From Eubacteriales bacterium (GTDB lineage: Bacteria; Bacillota; Clostridia; Oscillospirales; CAG-272): DNA of 51,376 bases. Positions 44,887 through 51,376 of this stretch are shown here, piece after piece (position 1 is the stretch's first letter; every line of letters starts with the position of its first letter). The notes beneath the pieces were generated by a model, which was not told where the DNA came from, made no database searches, and worked only from the letters and a program-made list of their open reading frames with translations. The translations under genes and the position numbers were made by a program. The stretch covers positions 1 to 51,376 of the forward strand of contig JAZOUM010000126.1 of NCBI GenBank assembly GCA_045658205.1. The letters run 5' to 3'.

Positions 44887-47031
44887 ATGAATAAAATGAA
44901 AAGTACCAAGAAAGATTTTACTAAATTTACAAAAAGAAATACACATAAGCGACGCGACAAGGACGCGGCAAGACGTGAGCTTTTACGCGCTGTGGCTGAG
45001 ACTGAGGTAGCATACTCGGGCATAGTATTAAAGGATACCCTTGATAGTGGCAGAAGAGGTAGGGCGTCGGATAAAAGACGACGTGACGAGATCACCGTAA
45101 GGGGTATATTCTCAGGCTCCAGATCCGGCTTTGGTTTCGTTACCGCAGAGTTTGGGTATGATAAGGATATTTTTATTCCCGAAGATAAGACCTTGGGCGC
45201 CTTGGACGGTGACTTTGTAGAGATTATATACCACGTGTTTACCAATCGCGACGGCGTTGAAAAGACCGAGGGACGTGTTACTAAAATTATACAATACGGC
45301 AGAGAGTCTATCATAGGCACACTTGTTATAGAGCGTGTACGTCCGCATGGTAAAAAAGGCGTGAGAGCAGGGGGCGTGTATGCATTTTTAGCGCCCGATG
45401 ACTCAAAAATAGCGTTAAGACCTCATATTATTGATACCGCAGGGGCGCGTGACGGCGACAAGGTCATGGTCAAGATAAAGCGAGACGGTCTTGGCGGATA
45501 TTCTCCCGAGGGACAGGTTGTAGCGGTATTCGGTCATACGGAGTCTAAGGAGGCTAATTACGCGGCTATACTCGCCGAGTGCGGTATCCCTACCGACTTT
45601 TCCGAGGAGGAACTTTCACTTGCTGAAAAAATGGCGGCTATGCCTTTATCCGATGAGGGTAGAGAACGCTTTGATAATACGGTCATATTTACCATAGACG
45701 GTGCGAGCGCCAAGGACCTTGATGACGCGGTATCCTTGCGTAAGCTTAAGGACGGTTGGCAGCTTGGCGTTCATATTGCGGACGTGTCGAGCTACGTGCC
45801 TGAAAAATGCGCTCTTGACAGACTAGTTATGAATAGAGGCACGAGTGTATACTTTACCGATAAGGTAGTCCCTATGCTTCCGGAGTGCCTTTCTAACGGC
45901 GCTTGCTCTTTGAATGCCGGTGAAGAAAAATACGCTCTCTCCGCTATTATCAATCTTGATTTAGATGGAAATATTACAAAAACAAAAATTGTTCCTTCAA
46001 TAATAAAGAGCCGATTGCGCGGAGTTTATTCTGAGGTAAACGCGTTACTCGACGGATCGGCGGACAAGGAGCTAAAATCCAAGTATAAGGCGGTAACGCC
46101 AACGCTTCTTAAAATGCGAGAGCTATATATGACTCTTGACGAAAGGGCAAGGGCGCGAGGATATCTCGATATGAATATCGACGAGGCTGTCGTTCTTCTT
46201 GACACCGACGGAATGCCGATCGATATCGTAAGAGCTGAGCGTGGAATTGCAGAGCGAATCATAGAGCAGTTTATGCTCACCGCCAACGAGGCTGTGGCAA
46301 CTCTTCTTACCGAGCGCAGTATCCCTTGCGTTTATCGTGTGCATGAGCGACCTGCTCCTGATAAGCTCGAGAGCTTTGTGACCTATCTTAAGCATATGGG
46401 CATACATTACGGTCCGCTACTTGCTGACGACGTATCCGGTAAGGAATTTGCTGCTGTGCTTTCCGAGGCTGATCAAAAGGGTGTAGGTACTGCCGTATCC
46501 CGTACAATGCTTCGCTCTATGATGAAGGCTAAGTATTCCGAGGCGCACGAGTCTCATTTTGGTCTCGGTATAGAAAACTATTGCCACTTTACCTCTCCGA
46601 TAAGACGACTTTCCGATCTTGCTACTCACCGTATAATACACAAGGTATTGATCGAAGGTAAGAGACCTGAGTCATACGCATCATATGCTAAGCGCGCGGC
46701 GAGAGCGGCGAGTGAGACTGAGTTAAGAGCGCTTGGCGCAGAGAGGCGCATAGAGAATTTGTATAAGGTAATATATATGTCAGAATATCTTGGACAGTGC
46801 TTTGACGCCACCGTAAGCTCGGTAACCTCCTTTGGTATGTTCTGTGAGCTTGACAACACCTGTGAGGGGCTCGTTCCTATTTCGGAGATGCCTGGGCTCT
46901 TTGTATTCAACGAGGGCGATCTTTCGCTTCGTCACGGCAGATTTGCTTACCGTATCGGCGATACTGTGAGAGTAAGACTTGAGGAGGCGGATATCATCAA
47001 GGGTAAGCTCCGCTTCTCTATAGTTTTATAA
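44887..47031 (+). CDS. rnr: Ribonuclease R
   Basis: 714 aa. RNB catalytic region (IDGASAKDLDDAVS, HFGLGIENYCHFTSPIRRLSDL) and a C-terminal S1 domain. The start is uncertain (no clear RBS). Confidence 0.9.
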   Translation: MNKMKSTKKDFTKFTKRNTHKRRDKDAARRELLRAVAETEVAYSGIVLKDTLDSGRRGRASDKRRRDEITVRGIFSGSRSGFGFVTAEFGYDKDIFIPEDKTLGALDGDFVEIIYHVFTNRDGVEKTEGRVTKIIQYGRESIIGTLVIERVRPHGKKGVRAGGVYAFLAPDDSKIALRPHIIDTAGARDGDKVMVKIKRDGLGGYSPEGQVVAVFGHTESKEANYAAILAECGIPTDFSEEELSLAEKMAAMPLSDEGRERFDNTVIFTIDGASAKDLDDAVSLRKLKDGWQLGVHIADVSSYVPEKCALDRLVMNRGTSVYFTDKVVPMLPECLSNGACSLNAGEEKYALSAIINLDLDGNITKTKIVPSIIKSRLRGVYSEVNALLDGSADKELKSKYKAVTPTLLKMRELYMTLDERARARGYLDMNIDEAVVLLDTDGMPIDIVRAERGIAERIIEQFMLTANEAVATLLTERSIPCVYRVHERPAPDKLESFVTYLKHMGIHYGPLLADDVSGKEFAAVLSEADQKGVGTAVSRTMLRSMMKAKYSEAHESHFGLGIENYCHFTSPIRRLSDLATHRIIHKVLIEGKRPESYASYAKRAARAASETELRALGAERRIENLYKVIYMSEYLGQCFDATVSSVTSFGMFCELDNTCEGLVPISEMPGLFVFNEGDLSLRHGRFAYRIGDTVRVRLEEADIIKGKLRFSIVL

Positions 47032-47126
47032 AACGTGTTGCTCAAAATAATAGTAAAAAACAAAGATTTGCACATCATTGTACCGAATAAAAATATAACA
47101 AAATCAAACGAAAAGGAGGTATTACT

Positions 47127-47966
47127 ATGTCAGAGTCTGTAAAGCTTGTAACGTTTATAAATATAATATTCGTAGTTATTTTGATGCTGTCAGGCTCACT
47201 TGACGGCTTTATCGGTGACGTAGCTTACTTCCTTGCTTTCATCATTCCTATCGCAATAGGATTTTATTCTTCCTTTGATTTAAAGCGCAAGAGAGAAGAG
47301 ATCGTCGGTGTGGCAGAGCCAGCCGAGCGATTGCTTTCGCTTGATAAGAATGGCGCAAGACTGCTTTTACCCCTTGTATTTCCGGTGGTTACCGTTGTGT
47401 TCCTCGTATCGCTTGTAACCTCACTCGTTCTGACGTCATTTGGAGTACAAAACGATCCTGTTGAGGATACAGGACTTATCTCAATGCTGCTTTCTCACGC
47501 GCTATTGCCCGCGCTCTTTGAGGAGGCGCTGTTCAGATATATACCTATGAAGGTGCTTATGCCTTATTCAAGGCGCTGGTGCGTTATATATTCCGCATTT
47601 ACCTTTGCGCTTATACATTGCAGCTTCTTTCAGATGCCATACGCATTTATCGCCGGCATCATCTTCATGGCGATAGACGTGGCTCTCGGTAGCGTGTGGC
47701 CGTCGGTTATACTCCATCTTGTAAACAACACCGTATCGGTTATAGGTATGAGGTATTGCACCACACCTAACAGTATTGCCGTGTTCGTAGTCGCTCTTTT
47801 GCTACTTTCGGCAGTATCGCTTCTCTTTGCTTTAAAAGAGCGTCATCTTTATAAGGAAAAGCTTTTGTATTCATTTGACAAGGGCGAGGGCTTTAGCGCA
47901 ACCTACGCTCCGTTTGCTCTTGCGGTTATCTGCTGTTATATAGCCACTATCAGTCTTTTACAGTGA
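47127..47966 (+). CDS. CPBP-family intramembrane glutamic endopeptidase (CAAX protease-like)
   Basis: AAGGAGG RBS. Polytopic protein with motifs EEALFRY, FALIH and HLVNN in the canonical order. Confidence 0.8.
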   Translation: MSESVKLVTFINIIFVVILMLSGSLDGFIGDVAYFLAFIIPIAIGFYSSFDLKRKREEIVGVAEPAERLLSLDKNGARLLLPLVFPVVTVVFLVSLVTSLVLTSFGVQNDPVEDTGLISMLLSHALLPALFEEALFRYIPMKVLMPYSRRWCVIYSAFTFALIHCSFFQMPYAFIAGIIFMAIDVALGSVWPSVILHLVNNTVSVIGMRYCTTPNSIAVFVVALLLLSAVSLLFALKERHLYKEKLLYSFDKGEGFSATYAPFALAVICCYIATISLLQ

Positions 47967-47973
47967 GGTCAGT

Positions 47974-48471
47974 ATGTGTGAAGAAATGAAAGAAAATCAA
48001 ATAGCGGTTCTCACCCCTCAGCCTACCGAGGCGGATATCGCCTTTATGAGAGAGGCTATGTCCCTTGCCGCTAAGGCGGAAGAGATCGACGAGGTACCCG
48101 TAGGCGCTCTCGTTGTCAGAGACGGTGTGGTAATAGCTACTGCCTACAATACTCGTGAGCATTCAAAGTGCGCTACGCACCATGCCGAGATACTCGCTAT
48201 TGAGGCGGCTTGTCGTGCCCTCGGAGGATGGCGTCTACCGGGATGCACCCTCTACGTCACTATGGAGCCCTGCGCTATGTGCGCCGGCGCTATAATCAAC
48301 GCGCGTATACCCCGTGTCGTCTTCGGCGCCCCCGATCTTCGCTTCGGCGCCTTCGGTTCGCTTATCAATCTCGCAGAGGTCCCACTAAACCATAAGCCCG
48401 AAATTCTCGGCGGCGTTCTCAAGGAAGAAAATGTTGAAATATTAAGATCTTACTTTAAAAAGAAAAGATAA
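47974..48471 (+). CDS. tadA: tRNA adenosine(34) deaminase
   Basis: CDA-fold zinc motifs HAEILAI and PCAMCAGA. 165 aa. Confidence 0.9.
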   Translation: MCEEMKENQIAVLTPQPTEADIAFMREAMSLAAKAEEIDEVPVGALVVRDGVVIATAYNTREHSKCATHHAEILAIEAACRALGGWRLPGCTLYVTMEPCAMCAGAIINARIPRVVFGAPDLRFGAFGSLINLAEVPLNHKPEILGGVLKEENVEILRSYFKKKR

Positions 48472-48523
48472 GATTGATTCACTGTTAAGTGCGATTATGT
48501 AAACTAAAGTTATTATAAAAAAT

Positions 48524-48563
48524 AAAAACACCGCTTTGGCGTTCGCCTTGGCGGTGTTTTTTG
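48524..48563. terminator. Bidirectional terminator between tadA and the convergent Tyr-rich gene
   Basis: ACACCGC ... GCGGTGT stem flanked by A5 and T6 runs. Confidence 0.75.
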
Positions 48564-48600
48564 TCGGCAGAGACATTGTAAAAATGGCTCTGCCTTTTGC

Positions 48601-51376
48601 TTATTTTAACTCGATTACATCGTAATATGGATAGACAGGTACTGCAACGGATATTTGATAATTCAAATTACCGTTCTGGACGTAGTGTCCATCCTCGAGC
48701 ATAAAGAGTGTCTCAATGTCGTAATAATCTAAGTGATAGCTGTATTGACCACTACTGTTATGATAATAGTAGATATACATATAGAATCTCGTCTTTGCGT
48801 AGGACGTAAGCTCGAGGAATTCCTCTGTGAAGGTAATCTTGTTGTGCTCTACCTTTACGTAGCCGTCAAGCCAGTCTGTATCGTAGTTGTTGATTACTCC
48901 GTCGTATATGTAAGCTCGGGCAGTAATGCAGACGATCTTGCTCGTGCCGTCCTCGAGAGTTACCTTTCTCGCTCTGACGTAGTAGCCCGTCTGATCCTTG
49001 AGGTAGCCTGCGCCGTTCACGTGATAGAATACAGTGCCGTCGCTCTGCACCTCTACCGTGTACTCAAAGCTGCTTGAACCCTCGGTCATCCAGTATGCTA
49101 CCTCGTATAACGGATTGCCGTCCGCTGTGTAGCCGAGCAAGGTGGTGTTGTAAAGCTCTCCGGTTATATCCATAGCGTCAACGATGCTACCCGAGGGAGC
49201 GAAGCCGTAGTCAGAGGGGATGAACTCGGTGTAGTAGGTTTCCTCTCCGGTTTTTTCGTCTACCACCTTGTAGTACCATACCTTATCGATAGCTTGATTC
49301 TTGAAGTACCATTCGCTTATTCTTGCGCCAAGATAGCAACAGCAACGACCGCCGACATCGTAGTGGTAATAATTCTCGCAGTCATAACGGTAATATCTGT
49401 CTGCAAGCTTTACAAAGCGCCATACGTAGTGGTATTCGGATTCGTACGTATAGTAGAATTCTATTCTAGTGAATATTCCGTTAAGATATGTGTATGTGTA
49501 TTCGCGTCTTTCACCTGCTAAAGCCTCTGCGGAGGGTGTTACCTCGTTACCTAAAATGATCTCGTCTCCGATGTATGTTACTCCGCTCACGTATTGCTTA
49601 TCGCTACCGTTGTAGTAGAATCTTGCAGGGGTGAATGAGCAGAGCTGCTTTCTGTTGCCGTTAGCATCCTTTTCGTAGACGTAAGCGTAGTTGTGGTACA
49701 CCTCTATATACTGACCGTCAACATAATAGGAATTATAGGTGTAAGAATCGTAACTGCTAAGCTCTATCTCAAGCGACGCTATATACTCGTCGATGGGCAT
49801 ATAGCTCTCAAAGGTGAGCAATGACTCTCCTGTTACGTATGCGCCTACCGCAACCTGTATCTTACCCTCAAGGAAGAAGGTGTAGCAGGTGAAGTATGCG
49901 GAGTTGTACCAGGAATCATTGTAGAGGTAAATTCTGGTTTCATATACCGAAAGCTGCGAGGGTAGCTCACCGGAGCCTACCATATCGAAGCGATAGTACA
50001 TATCAGAGATAGACCAACTATCGCATGTAAGCTCGGGACCGTCTGAGAGTATAAGCTCGTATATGCTTCGATAATCGTAGTTGTAATACTTTCCGTCCTT
50101 GAAGATATAGTAGCCTTCGTATCTTGAGCTTGTTGTGGTACCGCTTACCTCGTATTTGTAGATTTCAAGACCTGTGCTTGCGCTATAATCGTCATCACGC
50201 ACGAGGATGTTGTCCGCGGGTAAGGAATCACCGAAGTAATAATTGAGTCCGGATATCTCAGTTCCGTTTGCGAAGGTTAGGGTGATGCTGCCGTCATCAT
50301 TCTTGTTTACAGTATATCCATGATCACTTCCGCTTGAATATGAGAACAGCTGATAGAAAAGATTACTCGGATAGTAGTAATTGCCGGTGTAGTAGTCGAG
50401 TATAGTCTCTGCTCCTACGGCGTATCCACCTACACAGTAGGAATAAGATACCGACTTATCGCCTATCATTGTTTCTGTGGATATCGAGATAGAGTATACC
50501 TCTCCGTCCTTGTTGCAATATTGATTCAAGGTTGCGATAAGGTCCTTGGAGATAACGTACTTGTCACCTTGACGGCTCAGATAACCGTCCTTGTCAAGGA
50601 TCTTGTCGAGAAGTCTTGAATTCATCCGCTTTTGATCAGACGCATTTCTGTACATCACGTCTACTATTGCTCCGTCTTTGGTGAGGACGATAGTCTGCGC
50701 GTACATTCCGCTTGCTGTGCTTGCGTATCCGTAGACAGCCTCGTAACCGAATCGATAGTAATAGCTATTCTCGGTATTGGTGCCGAGTATATAGAGTGTA
50801 TTGCCGTCGGGTAACGCCATAGTCTCACAGTCGCTTGCGGGATTGCCTGAGTTGAGATAAGAAGTAGCGAGATAAGAAATACCAAGCTCTACAAATTGAC
50901 TGTCTGACAACTTGACGTAGTAGGTAGGCCGCATATTTCTGCAATATACGTGCTGCGCTTTTATTTCCTCAAGCTCGCCGTTATCGTTGCGTATCGTAAT
51001 TGATTCACTGTATACATCTACCTCATCGCACTCGGGTAGCTCTGTCACAAGCTCGTACAACTCGTAAACGTCGAACCAATAATCGTAAGGCCAGTCAAAG
51101 TTACCATAGTAATAATCATAGTTATAATCATAATAGCGTATATCATTGGATTCTATGATCTTGATCTCTTCGTTTATGCGTACTGCGGCGCGCTGTACCG
51201 TTCTGGTAGATCCCGCTAAGGAGAAGTTTGCTACGAGTATCTGACAGTATTCGCCGTCTACTACGATGTATGCGTTTTCTCCCCATCCGTTGTACCATGC
51301 GTTGGCGGAGGAGAGCGTTACCTTAAGCTGCGTGTCGTTGACGCTGTAGTCGGACTTTACGTAGTATCCCGTTCCC
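48601..51376 (-). CDS. Very large Tyr-rich protein of unknown function, 5-prime end outside the window
   Basis: The ORF track starts it at a TTG (51060). I translated 51061..51375 on the minus strand and found no stop, so the frame stays open to the window edge (at least 925 codons). No motif recognised. Confidence 0.7.
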   Translation of the reverse strand, partial: GTGYYVKSDYSVNDTQLKVTLSSANAWYNGWGENAYIVVDGEYCQILVANFSLAGSTRTVQRAAVRINEEIKIIESNDIRYYDYNYDYYYGNFDWPYDYWFDVYELYELVTELPECDEVDVYSESITIRNDNGELEEIKAQHVYCRNMRPTYYVKLSDSQFVELGISYLATSYLNSGNPASDCETMALPDGNTLYILGTNTENSYYYRFGYEAVYGYASTASGMYAQTIVLTKDGAIVDVMYRNASDQKRMNSRLLDKILDKDGYLSRQGDKYVISKDLIATLNQYCNKDGEVYSISISTETMIGDKSVSYSYCVGGYAVGAETILDYYTGNYYYPSNLFYQLFSYSSGSDHGYTVNKNDDGSITLTFANGTEISGLNYYFGDSLPADNILVRDDDYSASTGLEIYKYEVSGTTTSSRYEGYYIFKDGKYYNYDYRSIYELILSDGPELTCDSWSISDMYYRFDMVGSGELPSQLSVYETRIYLYNDSWYNSAYFTCYTFFLEGKIQVAVGAYVTGESLLTFESYMPIDEYIASLEIELSSYDSYTYNSYYVDGQYIEVYHNYAYVYEKDANGNRKQLCSFTPARFYYNGSDKQYVSGVTYIGDEIILGNEVTPSAEALAGERREYTYTYLNGIFTRIEFYYTYESEYHYVWRFVKLADRYYRYDCENYYHYDVGGRCCCYLGARISEWYFKNQAIDKVWYYKVVDEKTGEETYYTEFIPSDYGFAPSGSIVDAMDITGELYNTTLLGYTADGNPLYEVAYWMTEGSSSFEYTVEVQSDGTVFYHVNGAGYLKDQTGYYVRARKVTLEDGTSKIVCITARAYIYDGVINNYDTDWLDGYVKVEHNKITFTEEFLELTSYAKTRFYMYIYYYHNSSGQYSYHLDYYDIETLFMLEDGHYVQNGNLNYQISVAVPVYPYYDVIELK

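Noticed and set aside
44525-47031. SecG C-terminal extension (103 aa against the usual 75 or so), and RNase R with a basic N-terminal tail in place of the usual basic C-terminal tail.
   Set aside because: These are real observations, but they fall within the normal lineage-level variation of these housekeeping proteins and are not strong enough to flag as findings.
47032-48600. Looked for smpB/ssrA (tmRNA) after rnr and for SRP (4.5S) RNA after tadA, as found in some Firmicutes.
   Set aside because: The region after rnr encodes a CPBP protease and tadA. The 48472..48600 gap contains only two terminator hairpins and no tRNA-like or Alu/S-domain features.
51058-51060. TTG at 51060 as the true start of the Tyr-rich protein.
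   Set aside because: The frame has no stop upstream to the window edge, no RBS precedes the TTG, and the upstream translation has the same distinctive Tyr-rich composition.

Overview
This window reads as a Firmicutes/Clostridia-type chromosomal segment. The inference rests on pth-mfd and secG-rnr gene order, GGAGG ribosome-binding sites and lipobox lipoproteins. All calls come from reading the sequence and the ORF track; no searches were run.

Content in order:
- A tRNA-Asp/Phe/Gly cluster with a duplicated tRNA-Asp 3-prime end.
- A five-gene Opp-type ABC importer in which four of the five components (binding protein, OppC-like permease and both ATPases) are unusually enlarged; the OppB-like permease is ordinary in size.
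- A tightly coupled operon: ThyX-fold protein, nadE, pth, mfd and a PrsA-like foldase.
- A copA gene broken by a single in-frame TAG, then glnA.
- A minus-strand block: DUF4091-like hydrolase, APC permease, trkH, trkA and an AraC regulator.
- rhaB-rhaA.
- Two paralogous giant lipoproteins of 1051 and 1506 aa. One ends in an orphan solute-binding domain; the other ends in roughly 465-nt tandem repeats.
- Two tandem cytoplasmic heparinase II/III-like paralogues.
- secG-rnr, a CPBP protease and tadA.
- A very Tyr-rich protein of more than 925 aa that runs off the window edge.

No CRISPR array, rRNA, transposase, integrase or recognisable defence gene was seen.

Most interesting candidates:
- The giant-lipoprotein pair and its surrounding glycan-type locus.
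- The hyper-expanded Opp ATPases.
- The ThyX-fold protein that lacks the RHR signature.
- The in-frame TAG in copA, set against zero TAG terminators among 30 CDS.
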